From NCBI RefSeq assembly GCF_001194135.2, contig NC_068992.1, forward strand, positions 29,360,166 to 29,413,104: a stretch of 52,939 nt of DNA, given 5' to 3'. This stretch comes from Octopus bimaculoides (taxonomy: Eukaryota). The notes below the pieces were generated by a model, which saw only the letters and a list, made by a program, of their open reading frames with translations, was not told where the DNA came from and searched no databases. This document shows positions 12,105 through 24,454 of the stretch, in pieces. The first letter of the stretch is position 1. The number at the start of each line of letters is the position of its first letter. The position numbers and the translations under genes are program-made.

Positions 12105-14125
12105 GGCCAAACTTAATCTCTGGTCTAGCTCATACGAGGTAATAAATTAGTTTAACCAAATTACCGGAAAAGGTAAATGAAATTCATCCAACTAGATATA
12201 TCCAGCTTCTATGCCTCTATCAACCACATCCTCCTCACGAAAGCACTTATTGGCGCTATGGAAAATTCTAATCTTTTTAGTGGATGTAGTACAAGCCGCC
12301 AGAAAGACTATTGTAGAATTCGAAGGAAAATACTGGGTGAGAAAAGATAGGCCAGATATGTTCCATATAATCATCGGATAACTTGACTCCGCCTAGGTAA
12401 CCGATCTAGTAGATATATATATCCTGCATTAGTAAAGAATTTCCAAAGATCTGAGGAGGTGCATCCAGGAATGATGGTGTGTTCACTTTGCATAACTCTT
12501 CCAACGCTGAGGGAGAAAGATTGAGGAAAAACTTATTCAAGTACTTCAATAGTATAGGGTTATCCATCTCAATAGAGGAGGAACACACCACAATCAACTT
12601 CTTAGATGTTACACTAGATATACGTACCTGCTTATTCAAATCATACCACAAACCTAACGACAATCATCAGTACATAAACTACAATAGCAATCACCCCAAG
12701 TGTATAACTCAGTTCACAACCAGAAACATTTCCAGCCACATATCTAGACTGTCGGTTACTGAGGAGGTATTTGAATTAAACGAGAAATACTATAACAAAG
12801 CGTTGGAGAAAGCAGGATACAAAAATAAATTAGTGTATAACCCAGCGAACCAAACCCAAACAGATAAGTATAAGTTAATCCGTAAGATAACAAACTACAC
12901 CCATTAAAATAACAATGACAACTAGATAAACCCTCCCATAAGAGGATAGAGAAGGCAATAAGAAAAGAGAGGTATACATACACGGGATACAACCCAAAAT
13001 AAGCAACTTGAACGGTAGTAAAAAAGGAGATACAAACACCAGGAGATATTGGGTGGAAGTATCTGGTAGAAATAACGGCAGAAGTGATAGTACCCTGAAC
13101 CTTAGAAGTAAAATAAACTAATCAAGGCGTATATATACATAAAGCATCACATAGAAATACGATAGCAATAGCCCCAGATATGCGGACATCCACTACGGAA
13201 GGAAGAAAAGCCCTATCATTAACAACCACATAATACATAATAATACCTAAAGTAATAGTAATTTCAGACTACTCTAAGGTACTATGCTGGATTCGACAAA
13301 AAAATGATTTCCAACATTCCGAAGCAGTTTTACATCGCGATCGAGAAACACTTTCCTAAGTCTAGCGAATACCATAAAATACTGAATACGCAGAATGTCC
13401 GGCTCGCTTTTACTAATATGCTTAACCAAAAGCGGATAATAGCAGCACACAACGCGAAAGGAATCCCTTACTTTCTAAGGACCGCTGAAAACAGTAGACG
13501 AGACAAGAAAAATGACCCATTAATAGGAATAGGGATAATGGTAAACTGGGTGACAGGACAGGAATAGTTAATAACAGAAAAGACTCGAACACCAACACCA
13601 ACAAAACACACATTGTAGTGAGGAATAGTAATACAGTAAGGGAAGACAGTCGAGGGAAGACATTCGAGGGAAGACAACTTCAACACAAGCCTCTACCCCC
13701 ACGGGACAGGGCGCGGGAATCGCTAACGATAGTAACCCACAAACACTTATGGATAGAAAGCTTAGGAAAATAGTAGATCGATAGAAATGTGGGCTGCAGA
13801 GACATATAGCAAGAACTACAAAACAATAGATAATAGGAACAGGGAATTAGGTCTCTGTAATTGTGCTAGGAATAAAATATGTCCATTAAATGCTGGATGA
13901 TTGACGATGAATCAGGTGTGTCGATGCAAAACCATTTCTGAGGGAAAGACGTACTCCTGTTTAGGGGAACAGCTGATTAAATTTTAAAATTCGACTAGCA
14001 AATCATTTAAATTCATTTGAGGTAGAAGAAAAAGGAACAGCACGCGCTTAAGCAGACTAATCTGGTCCCTTAAGTATAAAAACCATAGCTTTACCACAGA
14101 TTAGGAAATAGTGCAGCTAAACAGT
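12105..14125 (+). mobile_element. Penelope-like retroelement 1, degraded: RT core, thumb, linker and GIY-YIG endonuclease
   Basis: Broken-frame motifs in the expected order: EVIN*FNQ..KFIQLDISSFYASI; MFHIIIG*LDSA*VTDLV; RNDG; FLDVTLD...YHKPN...YINYNSNHP; KHFPKSSEYHKILN..NVRLAF..M; CNCARNKICPLN; NQVCRCK...KTYSCLG...RLANH..SF...STRLSRLIWSLK...D*EIV. Confidence 0.9.
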
Positions 14126-14239
14126 ATGGAAGAGGGGGAAAATAGTTGTCAAGTGAGGGTGGGGTTAGAAACACTGACACAAAGCCACACATACACATAA
14201 ATATATAAACACACACACATATATATATATACACACACA

Positions 14240-14404
14240 ACAAGCGCCTTTCAGTTTCCGTCTACCAGATCCACTCACAAGGCTTTGGCCTGTCCAAGGC
14301 TATTGTAGAAGAATCTTGTCCAAGGTGCCACGCAGTGGGCCTGAACCCAGAACCACGTGATTAGGAAGCAAGCTTCTTACCACACAGCCACGCCTGCGCC
14401 TATA
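14240..14404 (-). mobile_element. SINE family A (5' part)
   Basis: The reverse complement begins tataggcgcaggcgtggctgtgtggtaagaagcttgcttcc.... Confidence 0.88.
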
Positions 14405-14553
14405 CTTCAACGTAAGTTTATTAAGTATCCATCTACTACAATACACAAAAAAGCTTGGCAATGAGTAACATAAACTTTGGCCTAGCTAGATAGAATCCTG
14501 GCTTCGGACAGTGACTGGTGGGAAACCGAGGTCAACTACACAAGTTTACGGAG

Positions 14554-14730
14554 AGATCAAATTTCAGATTCAAAACCATATCCCTTCGCTTCCTCCTGAA
14601 CTGTAAACTATGAACAAGTAACTGAATTCAGTTTGCTTCGAGCCAAGCTGGTTGAAAGACCGTGAACGAAGCTACACAGAAAATTATGCCCGGTTTCATA
14701 TGCAGCTGCCCGTACTCTGTGCAGTGGAAA
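14554..14730 (-). repeat. Right arm of the inverted repeat (partner 11900-12076)
   Basis: See 11900-12076. Confidence 0.85.
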
Positions 14731-15136
14731 GTAACAACAAAGTATATGCAAACACGCACACACACACAAATAGACACACACACAAAAACAAATACACATG
14801 TACACACACACACACATAAATACACAGACTCACACACAAGCTCTCCCTTACATATTTTAACTACAATGTAGATTCAAAAAAGCTTGATTTAGATTGAAAT
14901 CAAATTTGTGTAGTGAGATAAGGATTATGTTTATGTTTGCGTATGACAGACCCTGTGTGCGTTTAACAGAAAACATCGAACATTTGGCAATTAGACGAAA
15001 ATATGTGTTACAAATGTAGCGTGTAGCACATATTCGCCAAACATTTATCAGTTTGTGTGAAAATTTTTGTCGCACCAAATAATAAATGCTTAAGTAGAAC
15101 TAAGTCTTTGTGTGCTTTTGAATGGTTAATATCTGA

Positions 15137-15415
15137 GGTACGTGGCTTAGTGGTTAGGGAATTCGGCTCATGAACGTAAGGCCGTGAGTTCAATTCCCGG
15201 CGGCACCTTGTGTCCTTGTTTAACACACTTTATTTCATGTTGCTCCAGTTCACTCAGCTGGCATAAATGAGTAGTACCTGTATTGCAAAGGGTCGCTGAA
15301 TCTCCTTGAGTACGGCAAGTGTTTGTCTAATGTAGTTGCACGTTAGTGTGATGAACTGGCTGTTTCGTTGATCGGATCAACTGGAACCTTCGTTGTTGTA
15401 TCCAACAGAGTGCCG
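15137..15415 (+). mobile_element. tRNA-derived SINE, family C
   Basis: Head ggtacgtggcttagtggttaggg...gtgagttcaattcccggcg has A and B boxes. It is followed by a non-tRNA body (ctttatttcatgttgctccagttcactcagctggc...). Confidence 0.75.
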
Positions 15416-17718
15416 GGATCAGTGCCAGTGCCAGTTATGTGTCTTTCATGCTGCAGTTGTTTTCGTTTCATCATGCTGTTCTAGATCAAATCACTTGCAA
15501 GCCAAGTACATGACTGAAATACACTTGTGAGTTTTCGACAAAGTCGATTGTGACTAGAACTGAACTTTATATTCCGTAATTATTTCGTATTCATGTAGGC
15601 AGTGATACAAGAACGTATCTATATCCTAAGCTATTTAATCTAGAACACTTTTGTTTAATCTGCGATTACATTAAAATCATGATTACAATTGAAAATCACC
15701 ACCAAAGTATATGGAAACTTCAATAGAATAAGATAATCGTAAGTTCGGAAAACTTAGAGAAATTGATACGTCCAAGCTTTAATATATCTTCATATTTTCT
15801 CATTTACATAGACATACGTTCACCCGCAAGCAGACATTGACTATTATGTAGAGGCTGGCATATATTATTCAAGAACGAGTGGTGGTATTGAGGAAGTAGT
15901 AAAGAAGAAATGAATCAATTTTGCAAATCATCTGCAGTGAAAAAACAGTTTTGTGTATTTATAATGATGAATAATAATTATGATAATGATGATGATGATA
16001 ATAATCACGATAATTACTATGATACTATAACGACAACAATACGACAACAACACGGCAACAACAACAGGACAACAACTACAACATAAGCAAAATGATAATT
16101 TAGCATTAGCGTTTGCCTACAGAATTTAAGAATCGTATCTGAAATGTAAAGCAATGTAAATAAATTCTGCAACGGATTTTGTCTGAACTACTGTAACATA
16201 TGCAACCGACATACCAAAGCCGAATTTTAGTGTGCTAGAGAAATAGTGAACTATATTGACCACAATTTTCGGCTAGTATTGATAGGATAAAAGGTAACGT
16301 CTATCCGGTGATCTTGAGTGTAGAATGTAAAAGATGTAACTATCGATTTCTTTCAATAACTCGCAGCTAGAAATTTTGTAATTTGGAAGCAGTAATAATT
16401 TTAGTAGTATAATATAGATACTTTTTGTTGACTACATGCGAGAAAAATAGTCTAGCAGATCCGAGTAATATTTGAACTCAACATGTGACTTAATGCATGC
16501 AGCTAAATATGCAAGGCAAAGTAATACTCATTCTATCGTGTTTAACAGATATTGAGCTTAATAAAATAAATATAATATCCGATTTAAGAAAAGGAGCTAA
16601 CGTTCTAAGCGCAAGTTTTTAAGTATATAAACAACAACAGTTCACTGACACTTTTGTTATCAACCAGACTGCAATGAAAGATCACTTTCAAATCGCGAGG
16701 ATGATTTAGCAGGTGTTATTTCGCTTGACTGTACCTCTTGAAAACGCAAAAACTGGTGGGTGATAGGGTTTTGTGTTCATGGTTCACTAACTGGCGGGTA
16801 GATTGTTATTTTCAGTCTTAAAGATCATGTGGAGACTTGCTTTTGTGTCTTCCCAATAGCAGAGTCAAACAAATGTAAACACACTAAACCATGCTCGAGC
16901 ATTCAAAAGGTTAAAAGAAATTATTTGGATTCTACCGGTTTCTAGATATATCTTCATTTATTCTGCAATTAATCTATCTGATATATATATATATANNNNN
17001 NNNNNNNNNNNNNNNNNNNNNNNNNNNNNNNNNNNNNNNNNNNNNNNNNNNNNNNNNNNNNNNNNNNNNNNNNNNNNNNNNNNNNNNNNNNNNNNNNNNN
17101 NNNNNNNNNNNNNNNNNNNNNNNNNNNNNNNNNNNNNNNNNNNNNNNNNNNNNNNNNNNNNNNNNNNNNNNNNNNNNNNNNNNNNNNNNNNNNNNNNNNN
17201 NNNNNNNNNNNNNNNNNNNNNNNNNNNNNNNNNNNNNNNNNNNNNNNNNNNNNNNNNNNNNNNNNNNNNNNNNNNNNNNNNNNNNNNNNNNNNNNNNNNN
17301 NNNNNNNNNNNNNNNNNNNNNNNNNNNNNNNNNNNNNNNNNNNNNNNNNNNNNNNNNNNNNNNNNNNNNNNNNNNNNNNNNNNNNNTATATATATATATA
17401 TGTATACACATATGTATATATGTATGTATACATTTGGAGATGAGGGTCTTTAAACAGTTAGGAATATCCCCATGAGTCGTAGCCATAGACCTTTATGAGC
17501 TAACTCTATACTTATCATCGTGTGATCTTACTTTACATAACGGTTTATGAGGCTTAAATGCTTCATTAAGCAACAGTTGGTAAACAGATGATATGTTTGT
17601 TCCTTCCGTTTCTATGTGTTGTTTAGATGTTACGATACAGAATAAGTTATCAAAAACTAACGATGATAATTTGAAAGTGGCAGCAATGCCTTTTGCACTT
17701 AGTTGCACTCCAGATAGT

Positions 17719-17745
17719 TTAGCATACAACTTCCTTGCACTCAGA
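17719..17745 (-). CDS. Candidate terminal coding exon (SECKEVVC*) of a speculative spliced gene
   Basis: Acceptor ttttacAG; phase-compatible with 18518-18584. An alternative reading (71 codons to the gtaaga donor after 17532) is also open. Confidence 0.18.
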   Translation of the reverse strand, partial: SECKEVVC

Positions 17746-18517
17746 CTGTAAAACATACGGCAGAGCAATTGATTTAATTTGATAATAGACAAAGTAAAGT
17801 TTCTAATTGAACGAATGATAAGATAATAATACCCTATCAAATTACTAATTAAAAATTTAAATTGTAGCCATCTGTATATAGCGATATTTTCAAGAAATTT
17901 GGAGCTATTTCAAATGTAAATTAAATTTTGAATTGAAATAGGTGAACAATGGTAAATAAATGGAACTAGAATATACTAGAATGAATGGGGATTGCAATAT
18001 AGTTAACGTATTTAAATTCTTCAGTAATATGTAATGTATCTAAGTATAGCTTAACGTACATTACTGATACACTACTGTAAATTTCGTGATGCTACGATTA
18101 CTCTCCCCGAGCTATTCATTTGGTGAGTTGTTGTTATTACCGTAAACGTTTCCATCTTTCATCGCTTTTACCGTTGCGCTCTTAAGTTGATATACACTGT
18201 CCGTTTTCTTCATTACTTCCCCTTGTGTATTGAATCTTCCGTCGGCTTAGTTACTTTCGTTTCTGATACTATCATTGTTTTTGTCAATAGTTACCTTACT
18301 AAACGGATGATATAATTGTATCGCACAAGAAAGCAATAGAGCGTAGCGTTTTGGGAGGCCTCAGGTTTGGTGTGTGTGCTTCATAAGTTGCTTTTATAGT
18401 TCTTCTTTTGTTATACATTCAGTAATCATTCTTTGTTTGCTTTAATTTTAAATTTTCGTTTTGACTAACGTAACAGTTCAGTTTGGGAATTCCAAAGCAT
18501 CATAATTTTTAACATAC

Positions 18518-18584
18518 TTGATACCATCGCCTGGTGAGATACAAACCTTGCATGTTGAAACTACGAAGATAATTACTGATGTAG
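18518..18584 (-). CDS. Candidate internal exon (YISNYLRSFNMQGLYLTRRWYQ)
   Basis: Acceptor gtctctttctcAG, donor CAA/GTATGT, 67 nt, open frame. Confidence 0.25.
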
Positions 18585-19187
18585 CTGAGAAAGAGACACT
18601 AATTGTTTATATTGCGCGTGCTTTTCATCTGTCCTTTTTGTCTACTTAAATATTTTGCTACTTCCTTAACTTTAGCCATTGATTCTTGCAGGTGTTTCTT
18701 AGAATTTATTAGGGTAATATTTATGGTGAGTAGTAGCTTTATGTGAGGGTTGTTTTGCTAAGAGATTTGTGAGGTTAAAAGCAGACATGAAGCATACATA
18801 TGCATATTTGTAAATGCATTATATACATATACATATATGTCTAGGTTATATATGTATGTATGAATGTATATATGTATGTATGTTATGTATATATATATAT
18901 ATATATGTATATACCCAAACTCTAATCATGCAAGGGTATGTGCATGTGTGTGAAAACGCAATATTTTATATGTAGCACAAAAGACACAGCATTCCTTCCC
19001 GGTCAAATTTCACCACTGATAAAAATATACCAAAAAATATTACATATTTCTCTAAATGGATGCATACATATGATAGAAAGCAATAGCATTAGTACGGGGC
19101 ATTTTTTCTGGAGGGTTTGTGTACCATGGGTCATGCAGTGATGAATCTAGAATGGATCAATGAAAAATAACAGAGATAGACATAAAT

Positions 19188-19248
<61 letters not shown>

Positions 19249-20440
19249 NNNNNNNNNNNNNNNNNNNNNNNNNNNNNNNNNNNNNNNNNNNNNNNNNNNN
19301 NNNNNNNNNNNNNNNNNNNNNNNNNNNNNNNNNNNNNNNNNNNNNNNNNNNNNNNNNNNNNNNNNNNNNNNNNNNNNNNNNNNNNNNNNNNNNNNNNNNN
19401 NNNNNNNNNNNNNNNNNNNNNNNNNNNNNNNNNNNNNNNNNNNNNNNNNNNNNNNNNNNNNNNNNNNNNNNNNNNNNNNNNNNNNNNNNNNNNNNNNNNN
19501 NNNNNNNNNNNNNNNNNNNNNNNNNNNNNNNNNNNNNNNNNNNNNNNNNNNNNNNNNNNNNNNNNNNNNNNNNNNNNNNNNNNNNNNNNNNNNNNNNNNN
19601 NNNNNNNNNNNNNNNNNNNNNNNNNNNNNNNNNNNNNNNNNNNNNNNNNNNNNNNNNNNNNNNNNNNNNNNNNNNNNNNNNNNNNNNNNNNNNNNNNNNN
19701 NNNNNNNNNNNNNNNNNNNNNNNNNNNNNNNNNNNNNNNNNNNNNNNNNNNNNNNNNNNNNNNNNNNNNNNNNNNNNNNNNNNNNNNNNNNNNNNNNNNN
19801 NNNNNNNNNNNNNNNNNNNNNNNNNNNNNNNNNNNNNNNNNNNNNNNNNNNNNNNNNNNNNNNNNNNNNNNNNNNNNNNNNNNNNNNNNNNNNNNNNNNN
19901 NNNNNNNNNNNNNNNNNNNNNNNNNNNNNNNNNNNNNNNNNNNNNNNNNNNNNNNNNNNNNNNNNNNNNNNNNNNNNNNNNNNNNNNNNNNNNNNNNNNN
20001 NNNNNNNNNNNNNNNNNNNNNNNNNNNNNNNNNNNNNNNNNNNNNNNNNNNNNNNNNATATATACACCCACACATATATATACATACACGCACACACTCT
20101 CAAACACACACATATATATCCATCCGTCCATCTGTCTGTCTATCTATCTGTCTATCTAACAACGCAAGAAGTTGTAAATTTTATTAGTGTTATTTTATTA
20201 GTGTCATTCTCTGTTATATATGTTTCATTTGCTAATAGGTATTACAGAGTTTTAGATGGTATATAGACATGTAAGGAATTTCCTATAAAATTTAGAGAAT
20301 TAAATAATACAAATTTTACATGTGGAAGAGACGTTTATATCTAGTTAGTAATGAGGAGAAGTATAGATAGCTGGAATGAAGAAAAAAAGAGCAGATCAAA
20401 TATTAAGGAAAAAAGATAGATAGATAAAGAGAGAGAGGGA

Positions 20441-20564
<124 letters not shown>

Positions 20565-20849
20565 CAGCAACTACATATTGAAATATAATAATGGAATAAA
20601 CAGATGTGCCTCAAGAGGGAACAACAAGGGTTTTACCCTACCTATTTACATAATACGTATATATAATTATACATACTACACACGCACACTCATGCACATA
20701 GATATATACAATATTGTTGTATAGGTTCTCGGAGATTATAGCAATGATATTAGAAATTTAATCAAAATTAAATTCATCATAAATTGTTCTTAAAGTTGGT
20801 ATGCAGGCTGTCCGACATCCAAAACTGACGAGATGGTCCCATTTACAAA

Positions 20850-21655
20850 AGTAATGTGCACAAATGGTCGATGAATCTTAAAGGAATGGAAAGACATACC
20901 ACGCTGCATTGAAAAGAAACCATGCATAGGAGAAAATCAATTGTGACTTCTGACAAGAATCACTAGCACGTGCATGAATTGTTTTTGCGCAGGTAGAAGA
21001 GTCACGATCCGTGAGCTATCTGTATAACAGAACAGTGGTCACACTGCTTTACAGAAAATGATAGAAGAACTTGTGCATCGGAATATTTCTGAAGTGGATA
21101 CCTTGGTAGCTGATATTTGGTTTGATGGAAAGAAATTTAAAATCCCACTCTGATCTGCTGAAAGCATTTAAAGCAAATGAAAACAAAATTTTCGGATCAG
21201 GTGATGGATGATGAAACATAAGTATATCGTGTTGATCTAGAAGTGAACGCCCAGTTCATGAAATGGAGCGATCCCTTTTCTCCAAAACCTAACAAGTTCA
21301 AGAGCCAATGATGAGCAAAGCAAGTTGTGGTAACTGTCTTTTGAGATAATAAGGGTACTATTCGCTTGTTTTTTTATGAACCTTGGCTATATTTTGAATA
21401 GCAAACGGTACATCGAGAAAGTCAAAAAGTTGAGAGGAACTACTTTCCGGAGGAGATCTACAACACACATCTTCGGCAACAAATGAAGTCACCCCCGTCC
21501 TAGTTGCTTCGTGGATGTAGCACCCTACGACTTCACTTTAGTCGGTCCAATTAAGACCGGTCTTTCATGACAATGATTTAATGTCACCTATGAAGTGAAG
21601 CAGTGGAAACAAGTGTGCACATCTAGATATTTTAGAAGAGGATTCGAGAATTGGG
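20850..21655 (+). mobile_element. mariner transposase remnant, heavily decayed; ends not resolved
   Basis: Broken pieces: DDET*VYRVDLE..QFMKW..P.SPKPNKFK...KQVVVTVF*DNKG; NSKRYIEKVKKLR; DVAPYDF..VGPIK, matching mariner catalytic-domain motifs. Confidence 0.75.
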
Positions 21656-21804
21656 TCCTACTTTAGGCTCAGTATATCCGTCGTAAATAAAATGGAAAGG
21701 TGTGGTTTAGGCAGATATAATATTCGAATTGTATATATATGCATGCATGCATGCATACATATGTACACAAATACACACACACATATATAAGTATTTATAT
21801 TTGA

Positions 21805-21845
<41 letters not shown>

Positions 21846-22414
21846 CATACATACGCACACGCATAAATAAATATGTAGCTATGTATATATATATATACAT
21901 CTATCTATCTATCTATCTATTTATAAAATACTACATCCAAATATTACATTTAAATTGTACGTGAACAACTTCCTCCCATCCTCATCAGTATCATTATCAT
22001 CAATGCAACCATCGTTCCTATCAGTCACGATACAACAATAATCCTTGCAGCGTCTAGACAGAACCAAATTGAAAACAGCATTACCCACCAGCTGATGCAA
22101 CAGAATTTACACAATACACCTCAGATTGCTCGTCGTAGAATATTTGTTACTTATAGCAACCAAAGTAGAGACATGTCAGACATTTGCCTAGTCAAAAGCA
22201 CTGTACATGCAACAATTTACGCATTATTTTTAAAAGCGTAATCAGAGAGGGAAGAACAGAGGCTAGTATTGCTTTTACTTTGCTGCAGGTGGGTGGAAAA
22301 TGAGATAATTTAATCTTAGAGTCTGTCCGGAAAGGTTGCAACAGAGTGGAATCCATTGATGTCACCTAATGCTGTTATGTAAGACAATGTCACCTAGTGG
22401 TGTTATGTAAGACA

Positions 22415-22670
22415 CCGTATAGATGCTAATTTCTACAGGCTTCCATATATCTGCACCTACAAAATTCCACTTAGAAGGCTGTCATCGACTCGAGGGTCAA
22501 CCCGACGACATTTGTTCAGACGTGAGATTGTTCAGACGTGAGATTGTTCAGACGTGAGATTGTTCAGACGTGAGATTGTTCAGACGTGAGATTGTTCAGA
22601 CGTTGTGAGATTGAACATGGAACGACGCCGCTGTGAAATGAGCTGCTTAGTCACAGGGCCATGCTAGCTG
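22415..22670 (-). mobile_element. Degraded SINE family A carrying a 16-bp tandem expansion
   Basis: Residual similarity to the family A head (ccatatatctgc.cctacaaaattccac, gac..ttg..., gattgaac). ttgttcagacgtgaga occurs five times plus one variant at 22512-22610. Confidence 0.6.
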
Positions 22671-23176
22671 AAAGAACTATGGTGTAGACAAAGAGTTACG
22701 AGGTACTAAACTCTTATTTGTTTCATAACAGTTGAAATTTCTCAACTGATTGAATTAGGGCTTACAGTAAAATATTAATTCAGTTTGTTCAGTGGCTATC
22801 AAATTTTCAGTGTTATCTAGATTCATCTAAGGCCTCAGAAAAAATTATTGCAGTTATCCATAGAGATTTGAGTTCTGGGGTTACAGAAGGTAGAATGATT
22901 GAATCTAGATTCGGCACATTTTACAGTGAATAGGGAGAGGCTATTTTCCTTTACATCCATCCAAAATCCATGAAATATATTAATCATAGAATGATCGTCA
23001 ACTCGTCTACAGTAACAAAAGCCAACCCCCACCGGAGAGAAATTATAGTTATTAATATAGGGTTTATTTAGAAGAATATTTACGCTTTAATTTTATATGC
23101 ACTTACTTTCCTTCAATATTTTCCTGTTTTAAAAGCGTATGTTAGCAAAATATATATTGATAGAAAGCTAGACACA

Positions 23177-23259
<83 letters not shown>

Positions 23260-23272
23260 ATGTATGCATGTG

Positions 23273-23303
<31 letters not shown>

Positions 23304-23466
23304 GCAGAGAAAGAGAGACAGAGCGAGAGAGCGAGAGAGGGAGAAAAACAATAACGTTTGCTTTTATGTCGAATTACGATGAAACAATTTTACATTAAAC
23401 TGAAGAATGATATACCTGTTGCAAATAATAAATACACACACAAAGGCACAAGCACACATTATATTC

Positions 23467-23504
<38 letters not shown>

Positions 23505-23545
23505 TTAATAATAATAATAATAATAATGATGATAATAATTTTTTA

Positions 23546-24038
23546 AATGAAAACCTCCGCTATTTTTCTGGGTATGATGGAAAGTGTTGGTTGCCTACCG
23601 CCAGCAGATTAAGGTGACACTCTTTTTACTGGTGATGCTTTCAGAACTCCGCAGAGAACTCTTGCAGTTTCAAGCAATGCTGACTTTTGGAGGCGTTCTG
23701 TCTTTACATTTGTCTCAATCTTTTTAAGCCACATTTGTAGTTAAGTGCTGATATTTCCAAGCGTGCCAATTACTATTGGTATCATATCCACTCTCTTCAT
23801 TGCCCACAACCTGCGTATTTCCCACTTCAATTCACCATAGTTATTAACTTTTTCTTCTTTCTTTTCAATTCTGTTGTCACCAGGACATGCAAGCTTTTTT
23901 TTTCTGTTCATCATAACAGTGTCAAGTTTCCGATTTCTAATTTAATGGCCCTACTGAATCATTATATCCCAGTGGATTTAGCAATTTCCATTCTTAGTAA
24001 CTCCTTGTGGGATTTGGCTACACCACATCTTCGATATA
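23546..24038 (-). mobile_element. R4/Dong-clade LINE 3' fragment (RLE endonuclease and 3'UTR)
   Basis: Minus strand: PQGVTKN...HWDIMIQ...RNRKLDTV...ACPGDNRIEKKEEKVNNYGELKWEIRRLWAMKRVDMIPIVIGTLGNIST*...LQKSALLETARVLCGVL. Flanked by AAT/ATT tracts. Confidence 0.85.
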
Positions 24039-24079
<41 letters not shown>

Positions 24080-24116
24080 CATCATCATCATCATCATCAT
24101 CATTATTATCATTATT

Positions 24117-24250
24117 GACTAAGAGAGCAGTGCATGTCATCATAGTGACACTGCGTAAAATATACGAAGCTCAGTATGATGATCTTAAATCAAGAAAACG
24201 GCCTGGATAAGGGTTTTTAAAAATGTTGAACGAAACACTCACATTTCCAT
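24117..24250 (-). mobile_element. Second, internally deleted copy of the 412-1101 element 3' end, with (AAT)/(GAT)n tail at 24039-24116
   Basis: gagagcagtgcatgtcatcatagtgacact...aaaatatacgaagctcagtat aligns to the reverse complement of about 1030-1100. Confidence 0.65.
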
Positions 24251-24454
24251 CTCGGACTTCCTGCATTTCTCCCTTCGGCTAACTAATGCCTAAGTTTCTG
24301 TAGGGGCGGGATCAAACTCTTATAAATAATATAACATGTAACTCCTACTAAATGTGCTCAGTGCCTCTTTCCTTCGTTTGTCTATTCACTGATATGTATG
24401 TATGTATGTATGTATTGTGTAAGGCATTGCACATTATTATCTAACATCATCTGG

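Noticed and set aside
15137-15210. tRNA-like sequences (also at the family A and B heads)
   Set aside because: They have A and B boxes but no complete cloverleaf and run into SINE bodies, so they are SINE heads rather than tRNA genes.
17493-17840. 115-aa minus-strand ORF as a stand-alone gene
   Set aside because: No recognisable motif, and an ORF of this length is plausible by chance in this much AT-rich DNA. Kept only as an alternative exon reading.
22512-22610. 16-bp repeats superficially like a CRISPR array
   Set aside because: The units are contiguous with no spacers, lie in a eukaryotic SINE context, and have no cas genes nearby.
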